A stretch of DNA of 64,000 nucleotides from Eledone cirrhosa (GCA_964016885.1 OZ024743.1:308884001-308948000); one strand, 5' to 3'; counted from the stretch's first letter, positions 38,290-53,132 are shown. The notes: generated from the letters alone by a model not told the origin. Program-made: numbers and translations.

Positions 38290-39745
38290 CTCCACCAGTT
38301 TTGCTACCTCCATTGCCAACTGATCCGGCTGGATCCCCAAGCGTGACCAGCCAAGCTCATGGATGTTATCCAACCATCTCGCCTGGAGTCTACACCTGAA
38401 TCTCCTGTCGGTTGCTTTTGCCCGTAAAATATGTCCAGCGATTCTTTCCTGACACATTCTAACCACATGCTCATAGTATCGGAGCTGTGATCTCTCAATT
38501 TGGAGAAGTAGCGGCTTTACCTGGAGTTATTCTCTTATCTTCGAGCTACGCACTTTATCGAGTAACGTTACTCCAAAGCCATTTCGGAGGAATCCCATTT
38601 CGGCCGCCTTTATTCGTGATCGTATTCTTTCGGTCATCACCCAAGATTCATGACTATATGTAAGAGTTGGCACGAATACTGAATTGAAGGTAGCGAGTTT
38701 AGCTTTTACACCTACCTCCATTCTGATTACCAAATGCTGAAGTTGGTGCATTATTGTATCAGCTTTTGCAATTCTTGCACTTAATTCAGCCTCCTGCTTT
38801 CCATCACTCATGACCACGGTCACAAGACAGTAAAGGCGTCTAAAGTTAAGATATGTGAGAACTTTGGTGTTAAGCTGGAATCCGACTTCAGATCAGCAAA
38901 TGAAGTGTTCTGGCAAACCATCCGTAGACTTCGTCCTCCTCCACACCCGCTATCAGGTACGCACCTGGGGTTCTCCTCTCATCAGAGAGGTGCATCCTCG
39001 CGGGGTGAAGAAAAATACTTTGCTGATCTAAACGTGATCACAACTGCGTCTTCTGATGTACACGAGGTGCATCTGGGAGCACTGACTAATCTCTCAGAGG
39101 CTGAGGTCACAAGAGCAATTAAAGTGTTCAAATGAGGCGAGGCCACAGAGGAAGATGAAATCCGGCGCGAGACGTTAAAAGCTATAGAGAAGGTATTCTC
39201 TGGCTGACTTGTGTGTGCGGGTGGCCTGGATCTCTCGAAAGACACCTCAGCAATGGCAATCGGGAGTTATAATTCCAATTTCCCAAAAGGAAGACAAATG
39301 AGATTGTTCTAATTTCAGTGGTATCTCCTTGTTAAGCCTCCCCAGTAAAGTCTGTGCTAAGTGTCTGGCAAAGAGATGCAGGGAGATTGTCGAGTCCAAG
39401 GTAGCTGATGAACAGTGTGGTTTTCACCCTGGACGCAGCATAGCCAACAAAATATTCACATTGCGACAGCTCTTCGAGAAATCGTGAGAATATTGCCAAG
39501 AGGTATATTCTTGAGTTGTAGACTTCGAAAAGGCATATGACCGCGTTCCTTGGTACTTGCTGTGGAAGGTTGTCCAGGAGTATGGGATATTGATGGTCAG
39601 TTTGATAGGTTTGATGTCAAGTACTGCATGGCTCGAATGAAAATCAGAGCTGTGAAAATTGAGACACCCGTTCTCACAAGCAAGCCTGTGCAGTGCATTC
39701 TATATGTGAATGGAGTTCCCTGAAGCAGGTGGAGAAGTTCAAGTA
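38290..39745. mobile_element. Old RTE family C fragments (38290-38820 minus; 38850-39745 plus)
   Basis: PTLTYSHESW, RIKAAEMGFLR and DFEKAYDRVP motifs with many stops. Confidence 0.75.
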
Positions 39746-40667
39746 CAATGATTATCTCCCTTTCTAAACCACTGTAATACCTTAGATACACACTGGTCTA
39801 TATTTCCCCTAAATGGCTGACTGAATATACACGTACTTTTCCTAAAAGATTATTTTTCAGTTCCTTCCTCTTCCAAATCAGTATTTTTCTATTTAATTTA
39901 TTATTTCTCATTCTATCTTCTGATGAAAGACTAAGTGTCCAAAACATAAATACTCTTTTCCTACTATATCAAGTGTTAAACTAATATATTTCTTCATTGC
40001 TCTGTATTGTTTGCTTTGTTATTTCCGTTTACTTTTTGCATACAAATATATACACACACAAACGCACATATACACGGACATATACATATGTATATGTATA
40101 TGTATATTCCACTGTATTTTGAAGTTTCCATTGACCAAATTTGCAAGGCATTGGCCAATCTATGGTGTCACACAGTAAGATTAAATCCGAAACCACGTGG
40201 TTGCAAAGAGAATTCCTTAAAGACGTAGCTAGGGGCATGACGTGGCGCAGGGTGAATGTTGCTGCATCTTGATGCATTCATAAAAATGGCGTTTTCCGGT
40301 GATCTAGTGCATATTTGTGTGCCTTTCAACTTTATATTTCGCTGTCTATATATAGGCGGTGAGTTAGCCGAATCTTTATGCCTCAAAGCTTGGAATGCAA
40401 CTTAAAACTAATGGGTGTTCACCCAGGCACCATATCTTCTCTGCTACTCTGATTATAGCTGAACTTGCTATGTTTTTTAATTGAATACTTGCGTTTACAC
40501 ATTTCTATTGAAAGACACTGTCAATGATTTTTATATCATTTTGAAAATAATCAATAATTTGGACGAATTTAGAAATACAATTAACTTTCTCTAAGCTGGT
40601 ATTTTGGACATAACAAAGTTTGTTATATAAAGTTATGATGGAAGGTTTCTAGATAAATATAAATGCT

Positions 40668-40910
40668 TTAACCCCTTCATTATAATATTTCTAAGTAAAG
40701 ACATTGCCTATGCTTTCCAAATCATTTTGAAAATAATCATGAATTTGGAAGGATTTAGTCAAATAATTAACTTTCTCATTATTAAGATGGCGATTGAAAC
40801 AAAAGGATTCTTACCTAAAATTATGCTGGAAGGTATTTAGATAGTATTATAGTATTAGAATAAACAGTTCTGTTTCGTAAAACCAGGTAGTTTGGTATCA
40901 AAAGGGTTAA
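40668..40910 (+). mobile_element. piggyBac-type MITE, preceded by a partial tandem copy from ~40490
   Basis: TTAACCC...GGGTTAA termini. Confidence 0.7.
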
Positions 40911-41035
40911 TTAATAAATCCCAACAATAGATCTATTTCCTGAAGATATTTGATACCGATGAAATTGTGTAGCTGATGATATAACAGAATTTCAAGAAAA
41001 TAAGATATTTTCGTGTCTATAATTACTGCTTTCAT

Positions 41036-41352
41036 GGAGGCGCATGGCTTAGTGCATTGGGATTGCAAACGGAAAGTTGTGAGTTCGATTCTCAGACCGG
41101 GTGATGCGTTGGGTCCTTGAGCAATACACTTTATTTCAGGTTACTCAGTTGTAGACATGAGTTGCAACGTCACTGGTGTCAAGCTGTATCGGCCATTGCC
41201 TTTCCCTTGGACAACATCGGTGGCGTGCAGAGAGGAGGCTGGTATACCATGGGGGACTGCTGGTTTTCTACAAACAACCTTGCCCGGACTTGTGCCTTGG
41301 AGGGAAACTTTCTAGGTGCAAATCCCATGGTCATTCGTAACCAAAGGAGGTC
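41036..41352 (+). mobile_element. tRNA-derived SINE, second family (degenerate relatives at ~41483-41710 and ~32400-32640)
   Basis: A box TGGCTTAGTG, B box GTTCGATTC, then GTCCTTGAGCAA.ACACTT. Confidence 0.7.
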
Positions 41353-42719
41353 TTTTCAATTACTGTTTTCATGACAGCAACGAATGAGAAGTAAACTTTT
41401 CTCTAATTAGACTGTCAAATAACCACAGATGACATTTCCCGGTACAGCTCGTTTAATTAATGCTTTAGCTTAAAGCTGTAAAGACATGTCTTAGTGGTTA
41501 GGGTGTTGGGTGCGTGATCGTACGGTCTCGAGTTCGATTCAGGGACCGGACTGAGCGTTGTGTTCTTTGGCAAGACATTTTGTTCCAGTCTCTTCAGCTG
41601 GATAAAGTGTGTTGCGATGTCACTGATGCCAAGCTATATCGACCTTAACCTTTGCTTGAATAACATTGCTGGCGTGGAGAAGAGTGACTTGCAAGCATGG
41701 GCAACTATTGTACTGGTGTGACAAATCGATTCAATGTTTATAAGTTACCGAGAAATTTCACTTCAAAGCATTAGTCTACTTTAGGCTACTGTAGAACACT
41801 TACAATGGACTTGAACCAGGAAACCAAGTAGCTTAACCACACAACTATGTCTGTCACTGACTAACCAATGAGATTTAGATGTCTTTTACTATAGATACAG
41901 TGTTGTGTAGTCTCTCTGTGATTAATTATATTTGAACTAATTTTCCCCGGGATCAAGTCATCTGTGACACATCTTTCATTGGATACAGTTATATTTGAAA
42001 GAAAATGCTGATCAGAATGTGATGGGGAAATTTATCATTGGAAATCTACTATAAAAGCAAAAATGCAAATAAAGTCAATGTTGTTTCTATTTGTCTTCTT
42101 TATCCTTGAAGTACAAATGCATAATGTATGTTATGCTATTGAACTTACGACAAGTATAATATTTATAGCACTGTGTTTGAAGGGAAGCCAGCTTACTAAA
42201 CACAAAGAAAAACTATTTTCACTACATCAAAGTATTCTGAAATGATGTGTCATTTTCTTTCATTAATTTTCTTGATAGAAAAATTGGTTCAATTTGACTG
42301 AAGTTTGAACTGTTGCTGAACTTTTGTCCTTCAAATATTCATTTTGTTTTCTAAATACTGTCTTTTTCAGTTCAGATTTTCTCGGAATAACACTTTTGAA
42401 GGACATGTAATTTATTTGTGTATGTACGTGTGCTTTTGTGTTCATGTGTAACTTGTAAGTTCAACATTGTTTCATAAATTATGTTGAACCTAAAGGAAAA
42501 CATCTGTTATTGATTATATTTTCTGTGAAAAAAATGCCGGATCAATGAAAGCGCAAAGAGTTGGTTGTTACTAACTGGGTGACTACTTGGAAGTATTAAA
42601 TAGGATTCAGCAAGCATTGCGCACTTAATTTTGAGACCAAAATCAACCAAGATCGAGCAGTCGTACAATCAAAGAAATTCCAGCCATTATCATCCCGTTG
42701 TTTAAGTGATATTTAAAGC

Positions 42720-43290
42720 AGTGTTGCATGACTGGAATGGAAATCTGTGAAAACTGAGACACCGTCCTCTCAAGGAATCCTGTACAGTGCATTCTATATG
42801 TGAATGATGTTCCACTGAAGTAGGTGGAGAAGTTCAAGTATCTCGAGGCCATGTTCACGAGTCATGGAATCAGGAGGCAGTAATGCACCTGCTTCAGCAT
42901 TCGGTAATCAGAAGGGAGTTAGGTGTAAAAGCCAAACTCGCTATCTTCAATACGGTATTCCTGCCAGCCTTTACCTATGGTCATGAATCTTGGGTAATGA
43001 CCGAAAAAAATAGGATTTCCGAATTGAGAGATCACAGTTCCGATACTATGGGTATGTGGATAGAATGTCTCAGTAAAGAATCGCAGGACAGATTTTACGG
43101 GCAAAACCAACCGAGAGGAGACCCAGTGGTAGACCCCGAGCAAGATAACTGGATAACATCCATGAGCTCGGCTGGTCACGCTGGGAGATTCTGCTGGATC
43201 AGTTGAAATTGTTGCTTCTGAGAGCACCCTCTGGAAGGAGTGTTTGAGGACTCTGCCCACGAAATCTCACGGGAATAAGTGGGCGAAAAC
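42720..43290 (+). mobile_element. Old RTE family C 3' fragment
   Basis: FKYL, TYGHESWVMTEK. Confidence 0.75.
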
Positions 43291-43502
43291 TGAGACACTC
43301 GTCCTCTCAAGTAAGCCTGTGTATGGATAAATAGAAGAAGAAGAAGAAGAAGAAGGCGACGACGGCGACGGCGACGACGAAAAGAAGACAAGCTAAGCTT
43401 TCATGTTTTAAGTAACAAATTTACAAAATACGACTCCGAAATAAACAATCAATTATCCAAAACAGGAAGTCCACGTAAACACGTATTACTAGGCGAGAAA
43501 CA

Positions 43503-44075
43503 AATTGTTTCTTCTATTGACACAAAGCCAACAATTTTGAAAGGAAGGGGTAAGTCGATTAAATCGATCAGTGCGTAACTGGTATTTTATTATATCGAGT
43601 CTGTAAGCTAACCTTGGTGGGATTTGAACTTAGAACGTAAATGGATGTAACTATATGCCACAGAGCATGTTATCAAGCAAAAAAAAAAAAACTGATTTCT
43701 GCTTTAGGCACAAGGCCAACAATTTTTTGGGGCGGAGAAAGTCGATTAAATCGACCCTAGTGCATTACTGGTACTATATTATATCGAGTCTGTAAGGCAA
43801 GGCTAACCTCGGTAGGATTTGAACTCAGAATGTAAATGGCAGAAACTCTATACCGCAAAGCATGTTTTCCGATGCTCTACCGATTACTGCCAATCTGCTG
43901 CTCTTGCTGTACAAATTACATAATAATATTAATGGTTTCTAATTTAGACACAAGACCCACCATTTTGGGGGAAAGGGAAAGTCGATTAAATCGACCCCAG
44001 TGCATTACTGGTATTTTATTTTATCAAACACGTAAGATGAAAGGCAAAGTTAACCTCGGCGGAATTTGAACACAG
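43503..44075 (-). mobile_element. Three consecutive SINE copies (family of 463-655)
   Basis: Three repeats of the CACAAG.CC...GTCGATTAAATCGA...GGATTTGAAC module. Confidence 0.8.
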
Positions 44076-44379
44076 AAAGTAAATCCACCGCCCTACTAGT
44101 CAAGAAATAACAATAAAATAATACTCAGTGCAGAAAAAATCCGAAAGTCTGTCTGAATTTAGATCAGCGAAAGTCGTTGAAACTATGCGACTTAAAGTCG
44201 CATAAAGGAACATGAAAATCAAAATAGACAAGAAAGTGAAATATATATGAGCAGATATAGTTGTATAGAAAGATACAAAAACTTGTAAGGTAAGAGATAC
44301 TGTCTATCCATTCGGCACAAACATGAAAGGCAAATAAAACGAGAAAATAGATACCAGGATCTAAGTGGAATTAAAAAAG

Positions 44380-45600
44380 CTCGAGATGTTAAAAGCATTA
44401 ACTAGAAAAAGTATTCTCTGGCTGACTCGTGTGTGCCGGGTGGCGTGGATATCTGGAAAGACACCTCAGCAATGGCAATCGGGAGTGATAATCCCAATTT
44501 CCAAAAAGGAAGACAAAAGAGATTGTTCCAATTACAGGGGGATCTCCTTGTTAAGCCTCCCCGGTAAAGTCTGTGCTAAGTGTCTAGCAAAGAGATGCAG
44601 GGAGATTGTCGAGTCAAAACTAGCTGATGACGCAGCACAGCCGACCAAATATTCACACTGCCACAGGTTTTCGAGAAATCATGGGAGTTTTGCCAAGAGG
44701 TATATTCTCGTTTTGTAGACCTCGAAAAGCACATGACAGCGTTCCTCGAGACCTGCCGTGGAAGGTTGTGCAGGAGTATGGGATCGATGGTTAGCTTCTT
44801 GTTGCCCTAATGTCTCTATACGAATGCCCAATAAATGGTGCTAAAACGAAACCACTCAATGTGGAAGTCGGACTCCGCCAAAGGTTCGTACTGTCACCTT
44901 TCCTGTTCATTATTTACACGAACAGGATTGACATGCGGAAGTGGTATCATGACTGGTGGGTGTAAAATCAGTCAGCTGGAATTTGCAGACGATATGGTGT
45001 TACTCAATTCAACAGAAGGTGATCTCCGATTTGCACTCGATAGGTTTGATGCCGAGTGTTGCATGGCTGGAATGAAAATCACTGCTGCGAAAACTGAGGC
45101 ACTCGTCCTTTCAAGGAAGTCTGCGCAGTGCACTCTATATGTGAATGGAGTTCCACTGAAGCGGTTGAAGTTCAAATATCTCGGGTCCTTGTTCACAAAT
45201 GATGGAAGGCAGGAGGCTGAATTCAGTGCAAGAATTGCAGGAGCAAGTTCATTAATGCACCAGCTTCAGCATTCGGTAATCAGAAAAAGGAAGGTAGTTG
45301 TAAATGCCAAACTCGCTATTTTCAGTCTCGCATTTATGCCAACCCTTACATATGGTCATGAATCTTGGGTAATGTCCCAAAGAATAAGATCGCGAATACA
45401 AGCGGCCGAAATGTGGTTCCTCCCAAGGGTCTTTGGAGTAATGTTACTCAATAGAGTACGTAGCTCGGAGATCAGAGAGACACTCCAGGTAGAGCAGCTA
45501 CTTTTCCGAATTGAGACATAACAGCTCCGATACTATGGGTTTATGGTTAGAGTGTCTCAGGAAAGAATCGCTGGACAGATTTTACGGACAAAACCAACCG
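44380..45600 (+). mobile_element. Old RTE family C RT region, degenerate
   Basis: NYRGISLLSLPGK, FADD, FKYLG, TYGHESW. Confidence 0.85.
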
Positions 45601-46399
45601 GTACAAGTTAAGTCGAATTATGGCATCCCACAATTCTGCTCACCCATAATACATCACCAGCAACAAATGCTGTGCAACAAGTGGAAACTACTACTAATAA
45701 TAATAAACTCAGGTCCCAGTACTTGTCTAGTACTTTATTTCATCGAACCCCAGAAAGATGAAAGGTAAATTTGACCCAGGCAGGATTTGAACTCAGAATA
45801 TAAAGAGCCAATACCAATATTCCTTAACCTCGATATCTTCCTGAAGTATTTTCTTTATTAATTACTCCAATATTTCCAAATAAGTTTCAAATATCTCTTT
45901 CGCTCGGATATATTAGAAATTATTTTGCCTCATAAAAGCAACAGATTGCCTCTAGCAACATTTAAAATGTACATGTTGAAGGAAAAGAAAGTAATTTTTC
46001 GAGCTCCTTCCTTCGTTCATTTCCGTAGAAATGGTTCTTATTGTATGGACAATTACTGAGAAACTCATGACTAGATAACAACACTGTTTATTGTAATGCA
46101 TTACATGATGTAAGGTGTTGTTTTAATAACGAACGATTTAATAAGAAATAATCAATATCTTTTTTATTATTTTGTTGCGTGTAGTTTCAGGCAGAAATAA
46201 TTACCAATTTAAAAATTTGCACTCGTCGATTATATTCTTAGATAACTAAAATATGTTCTGTTATTTAAGACAATGAAGAATGCTTTATTTTCCACTGCTG
46301 ATACCATTTCTGATATTTGCACAAGACACCATTACTAAAACTTCCAGTGCTACAGTGAAAGTAATTTATTTTGATGATTTATTCCGACGATGTCGAAAT

Positions 46400-47625
46400 A
46401 AGTTTTCCCCCAAGCCTGCTATCAGTAACTCGTCTGGTGTTCTTCTCTCTGAAGAGAGGTGCATCCACACGATGTGGAGAGAATACTTTGCTGGTCACCT
46501 AAATTAGGTCACAGCAACATCTTGTGATGTACATGAGTAGCATCTGGGGGCGAAGACTAACCACTCGGAGATGAAGTCACCAGAGCAATTAAAGAGCTCA
46601 AATGTGGCAAGGCATTTTGCAAGGATGAAATTCAACCCGAGATGACTCGTGTGTACCGAGTGGCCTGAATTACAGGAAATACACCAAAGCAATAACAATC
46701 GGGAGAGATAGACCCAAATGGTGACAAAAGAGATTGCTCTAATTATAAGTGCCTGGCAAAAAGCTTTAGGTATATTGGCGAGTTCAAGTTAGGTGATAAA
46801 CAGTGTGGTTTTCGCCACGGGCGCAGCACAGCCGGCCAATTATCACACTACGGCAGTTCTTCGAGAAATCGTAGGAGTATTTCCTAAAGGTGTGTTCTTG
46901 TTTCGTAGACCCCGAAAAGGCATATGATCACATTCCACGGGACATGTTGTGGGAGTTTCTGCAGGTCTTTGGGTTCGATGGATAGCTTCTCGCTGCTTTG
47001 AAGTTCCTATATTTGTGCCCTACTATTTGTGTTCGGTTAAATGGTGCAAAGTCGAAACAATTGAATGTGGTTGTTGGACTCCGCTAAAGAGAAGTATTGT
47101 CACCCCCTCCCATTTCATAGTCTTCCTGAACAGGTTTGACATGCGCTGCCGTGTTGCAAGTCGTATCAAGACCGGCTGGAATTTGCAGACAACATTGTAT
47201 TACTTAACTTGTCTGAAGGTGATCTCTCACATGAACTTGATAGGTTTCAAGCCGAGTACTGCTCGTTAGGAATGATAATCAGTCCTGCGAAGACTGAGAC
47301 ACTTATCCTCTTAGGGAAGCCTGTGCAGTGAACTCTTCATGTGAGTGGAGTTCCATTGATGCAGGTAGAGAAGTTCAAGTATTTGGAGGCCGTTTTCACG
47401 AGTGATGGAAAGCAGGAAGCTGAATTAAATACAAGAATTGCAGGAGCTGGCGCATTAATACACCAGCTTTCGGACACAGTCATCAGAAGAAGTGTGGTAG
47501 ATATAAAAGCCAAACTCGCTATGCGTACCTACCTTTACCTATGGTCATGAATCTTGGGTAATGACCTAAAGAATACGATCGCGAATACAAGCAGCAGAAA
47601 TGGTGTTCCTCCAAAAGGCCTTAGG
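46400..47625 (+). mobile_element. Old RTE family C, heavily degenerate
   Basis: Collinear with 44380-45600; VEKFKYL. Confidence 0.7.
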
Positions 47626-47648
47626 AATATTATGTGGGTGTATGTATT

Positions 47649-47686
<38 letters not shown>

Positions 47687-47689
47687 AAT

Positions 47690-49447
47690 ACATCATCATC
47701 ACCGTTTTACGTCCGTTCTTCCACGCTAGCATGGGTTAGACGGGTTGTCCTGTTGTGGGCAGTGTCTGGTCGGCTGACCATGCCTTGCTCATACAGGAAC
47801 TGATCTGGCTTGATTTCTACAGCTGGATGCCCTTCCTAACACCAACCTCATTTACAGTGAGTGCTGGGTGCTTTTTCGTGGCGCCTACACGTCCACTTTA
47901 CAGTGTGGGCTGGGTGCTTTTTTGCCGTGGCACCTCCACGACCACCTTGCGGTGGGGGGGGGGGGCATATTGTTTATATGCTTCAGCATGTACCCATGGG
48001 AGGTCGGGTACCCTGTATTACTGCGTGACGCCAGAAGTCACGGTCGTGTGTCATTGACTTTGAGAGGTGTAGTTGGGTAAGGTCGGCTTTTATCACCTCA
48101 TCCCAAGTCATCTTGGGTCTCCCCACTCCGCGGTTTCCATCAACTTCTAGTGCTCTGCACCTTTTTATGCAGCTGTCATCCTTCATACGCATCACATGTC
48201 CATACCAGCGTAACCGCCTCTCCTGCACGCAGCATTTGATTCCTCTTATGCTCAGTCTCTCTCTCAATTCATTTATGCTTTGTCGTTCACGTATATTACT
48301 GTTACACATCCATCGGAGCATGCAGGCTTCGTTTCTCTCTAATCTACGTAAGTCTTCCACCTTCAGCGCCCAGGTCTCACTACCATGCAACATCGCTGTT
48401 CGGATACACGCATCATACAGTCTGCCTTTCATTCTGAGGGAGAAGCCTTTTGCAGCTAGCAGTGGTAGTAGTTCCCTAAACTTCTTCCATCCCGTTCTTA
48501 CCCTAGTTATTGTACTTTCTGAGCACCCACCTCCGTTGCTAATTCGGTCACCTAGGTAGCAGAAGCTGTCTACTGTTTCTACAGGGCCCTCCCAGAGATT
48601 GGTGGTACTTGTTTCCTGTGGCTGTTTGCTTGCTGTTTCAGCACAGCTGCTGCATGTGAATCCTACATTCTTAATTAAGCTTCCTGAGATCCCGCTACAT
48701 CTCTTGTGTACCCATTGTTTGCATTTGGGGCAAAGAATGGAGTTCCTACCTACACCTTTCCTACATACTGAGCAAGGCCATTTCCCTGAGAGGATCTGGG
48801 TTCTGTTTTCTCGTCTACTTATAAGGACCTTAGTCTTTGTCATGTTGACTTTGAGGCCCTTTCTCTCTAGTCCCTGCTTCCAGGTTTGGAATTTATTCTC
48901 TAGTTCTACCATAGATTCAGCTATGAGTGCGAGGTCATCAGCATACAGGAGTTCCCATGGGCATCCGGTCTTAAACTCCTCCGTTATTGCCTGCAGGACT
49001 ATGATGAACAGGAGAGGGCTAAGAACAGAGCCCTGGTGGACCCCAACCTGTACGCTAAATTCCTCGCTATACTCATTGCCAATCCTAACTTTGCTGACTG
49101 CTCCCCTATACATGGCTTGTACCGCTTTCACAAGCCATTCATCTACTCCTAGTTTTCTAAGAGCCCACCAGATTACTGCACGTGGAACTCTGTCAAAGGC
49201 TTTCTCAAGGTCGACAAATGCCAAGTAGAGTGGCTTACTTTTAGCTAGGTACTTTTCCTGTAATTGCCTCACAAGGAAGAGCGCATCAGTGGTGCCTTTC
49301 CCTGGTACAAACCCAAATTGCATCTCGTCTATATTCACCCGGTCCCTAATCAGCTGTGCTATAACTCTTTCTGTTACTTTCATGACCTGGTCCATCAACT
49401 TTATACCTCTATAGTTTCCTCTATCTAGTGCATCGCCTTTACCTTCG
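47690..49447 (-). mobile_element. RTE-clade LINE subfamily B, 5'-truncated, uninterrupted RT frame
   Basis: GKGDALDRGNYRG through FVDLEKAFD, YADD, PHD and LRWYGH to the stop at 47983; (GAT)n tail. Confidence 0.93.
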
Positions 49448-49484
49448 CCTTTACATACACCCACATATTCGTATATGCATATAT

Positions 49485-50331
49485 ATATATGAATGAAAAT
49501 TGACGAGCTGTGTTGTTGCAAATATGATATATATAAAAATGAAGAATTAGAAATAGAAGCCAGGACTATCCGTCATCAGTGGTCTACTAGCCATCATAGG
49601 TATTTCTTCGCATTACAGACCATATATCTCCGGCTAGGGCAATGCAATAACTACGATAAATTAAGTTATTGGGATAAAATGAGTTGGGTGGAGAAAGAGA
49701 GACAGGTAAACAAACACGAATGGTGAGGCAACGTAAAGAGAGGAAAAAATGAGAAAATCAAGTCAATAATTCATTTTGAACATAAGAACTTGCGAATATT
49801 GACGAGTAGACAAAAGACACATCTTGGCCGTGCGAATGTGAGCGAGGAAAGAATTTCGTACGGTGTGGGACGATGGAGGAAGTGAGAGAGAGGGTGTGTA
49901 GCAGAGAGTGAGTGAGTGAAAGTGTGAGGAAGAGGCTAGCCGAGAGAGGGTGACTAGCAAAGGGGGTGAGTGAAAGTAAGAGGGAGAAGGAGAGAGAAGG
50001 GGGGGGGGGGGGAGAAAGAGGATAGCAGTAAGGGAAGAGAAAAAGACAGGTCACAGCGAAGGGGAAAGCATATATGAGTGAAAAATGGCGAGCTGTGTTG
50101 TTGCAAATATGATATATATATAAATGAAGAACTAGAAATAGAAGCCAGGACTATCCGTCATCAGTGGTCTACTAGCCATCATAGGTATTTCTTCGCATTA
50201 CAGACCATATATCTCCGGCTAGGGCAATGCAATAACTACGGTAAATTAAGTTATTGGGATAAAAAGAGTTGGGTGGAGAAAGAGAGACAGGTAAATAAAC
50301 GCGAATGGTGAGGCAACGTAAAGAGAGGAAA
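49485..50331. repeat. ~260-bp direct repeat, period 585 bp (49485-49746 / 50070-50331)
   Basis: Near-identical copies; the first abuts (TA)n. Confidence 0.85.
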
Positions 50332-50974
50332 TATGTGTGTGTGTGTGTGTGTGCGTTTGTGTACCCGTACCCATACAGATGTGTGCGATTATACATATAC
50401 AAATATATACACATTCATACATGCACATAGTCGAACATGCATATGTATAGAGATGAAAATACTTTTCCTTGCATCTATATGAAATTCACGAAAGTTTGTT
50501 GGTTGTCTCGAAATAACGTCGGCATTTCTCAATCAATCTTTATAACATTTAGCACATAGATCCAGATCGATCCTAGCATAATCCTCGTATAAACGAATTC
50601 TTTGTCAGGCGTCTGTTTGGCGTGAAAAGAAAGATTCGGGAAAATAGATGTAGGATGACTGAAAGATGTAATGGAGTGGGGTAGATAATTCAACAAAGAA
50701 AATAGAGTACATGTTTTCTAAAATACAAAACATTCTATAACATCCCAAACCATTCTAAAACGACGTCAAACTGTCTGTAGTTTTCTTCCCACTTCATTCT
50801 CTCTTTAATCTATCTAACGACCTCTTCCTATATTTCACACGGATTTCTTATTGTTATTTGTTACTAATTCTCGCCCAGTGTATCTCACCCCACTTCCTTC
50901 CATACTTGTAAGATTATATATATATATATATACGATATATTAACAAATGGAAACTATATTTATAAAACCATATT

Positions 50975-51039
50975 TATTTCATTATACATATTTCAAGGAC
51001 ACCAAGTTAAATTATGGTGTGCTTTCATCAAATAAAATA
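50975..51039 (-). ncRNA. Type I hammerhead motif, core mutated (TTGATGA); homologue of 12734-12799
   Basis: tattttat-TTGATGA-aag.acacca/tggtgt.ctt-GAAA-tatgta-TA-atgaaata; flanks align with 12690-12840. Confidence 0.7.
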
Positions 51040-51459
51040 TAATATAGATCAGTTTTATAAATAAATATTGACATACCCTTAAAGAATGCGACCATTTCTG
51101 TTGGAAGCTCCCGGATAGTGGGGTTATTAAATTTATTTATTCTATTATGCAAATTAGTGTCGGATATGTTTAAATCACAGTAGATTTAAAATAATAGGGG
51201 TATGGAGAAAGGGAAAGAAAAGAAAAAAAAAATAGAAAAAAAAAGAGCAAACTCTAAGAGGAAAATAAGAAAACAAGAAAAATAGAAAGAGAAAGAGAAG
51301 AAAAAAGAAAAGAGAAAAAGAGAAATAGAAAGAGAAAGGGAAAGAGAAAGCTCTAAGTGATAGGTTGTTGTATTAGCGTAACTTTTAAGATGAAGTGAAT
51401 AAATAAATATTTATTGGATGAGTAAAGAAGAGTAAATAAGCGTGAATAGAAAATAAATA

Positions 51460-51492
<33 letters not shown>

Positions 51493-52135
51493 TGGAGAAT
51501 TTTAATCAGTGCTTAAATATGATTAAATGTTTAGTTTATCAATTAAATTATCAATTAAATTATTGAGATATTATTAAAAAATCTATATATTATTAAAACT
51601 ATATATTATTAAAAAATCTATATAGTATTAAAAGAATATATTCATATATATATACATACGCACACATATATATATATATACATATAAATACATATATATA
51701 CCTACACATACATACATATATATACATACAATAAAGGACTTTTTATGTTTAAGATATAGGAATTTTTTTAACTTATAGATTTTTCGGAGAAAGCGGAGAA
51801 AAAAACGGAGAAAATCATTTCTATGTAATAGCAAAACAGCGTTAAGGAAATTAAGTTATTTACTTATATTAAATGTTATAAATGTTAAGATAATAAGGTA
51901 AATTTAAGATTATACAAACCTTATATTATTATACAAACCTTATATTATTTAATAGATTTTATAAATTTTATATCTAATAAATCCACCTGTTATGTAGTTG
52001 TGATTGTTATTATATAAGTTTGTTTATCATAAACCGTAAGAAATCCCTTATAACCGAGTGCGTTCGAATTGTATGCATATATACATATACACAACTCCCA
52101 CATAGATACACATACACATACCGGTAGACATGCAT

Positions 52136-52218
<83 letters not shown>

Positions 52219-52676
52219 AAAGTACATAGTATAATTAAAGTACATAATATATAAAATAAAAATGAATTATAGTTTTAAAAGGAATTACGATTTGGAAATT
52301 TATTCTTACAATTATAAGCAATATAACTTTAAAGCAATATAATTTAAAAAAATAAAAAAAATATTTTAAGATATAAATTTAAAATAAGAATATGTCTAAA
52401 AAATTCAGTATAAAAATTTAAATTTTTTTATATATAATATTTAACTCTCAATATGATTAACTTAATTTTTATAACCATATGGGAAATTTTCAAAGAAAAA
52501 GAAACAGAAACTTTCAAAAGAGTGAGAAATGAAATTTCGTTTCATTTTTTCCGTTTATCGTTTTCGATACCCCGGCCGATTAACTCACTTGATATGCAAA
52601 TTAGGCTGCTCAGCCGTTAATATGCATAAGGAAAGTATATACTTTCAGACGTTCAACCATCTGGCAGGAAGGTATA

Positions 52677-52717
52677 CGTTGCTGACTATAGCTAATAAGC
52701 TTGAAACTAGTACAGCG
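52677..52717 (+). ncRNA. Minimal type I hammerhead, core mutated (CTGACTA)
   Basis: cgttg-CTGACTA-tagct(aata)agctt-GAAA-CTAG-TA-cagcg. Confidence 0.7.
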
Positions 52718-52858
52718 CTCCTTTGTCAGTGTTGAGCAAATGAGCAACGATGGTTGCTAGACACTGTAGGCTTAATTCGGGATGTTTGTTTACAAACACA
52801 CCGAGCAATATAATAAATGTTCGGTGAATCCATACGTACATATATATATGTGTGCATG

Positions 52859-52906
<48 letters not shown>

Positions 52907-53132
52907 CTAGTGTATGTCTGTATACATATATGTATGTACGTATACATACTTATATTTAAGTAACAGCCGTACTAAGAGTGAGAAATGAAATTTTGTTTCA
53001 TTTTTTCCGTTTATCGTTTTCGGTACCCCGGGCGATTAACTCACTCGATATGCAAATTAGGCTGCTCAGCCGTTAATATGCATAAGGAAAGTATATACTT
53101 TCAGACGTTCAACCATCTGGCAGGAAGGTATA

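Noticed and set aside
39910-39960. CTGATGA-containing hammerhead candidate
   Set aside because: GAAA is replaced by AAAA and the stems pair poorly; at most a decayed PLE terminal repeat.
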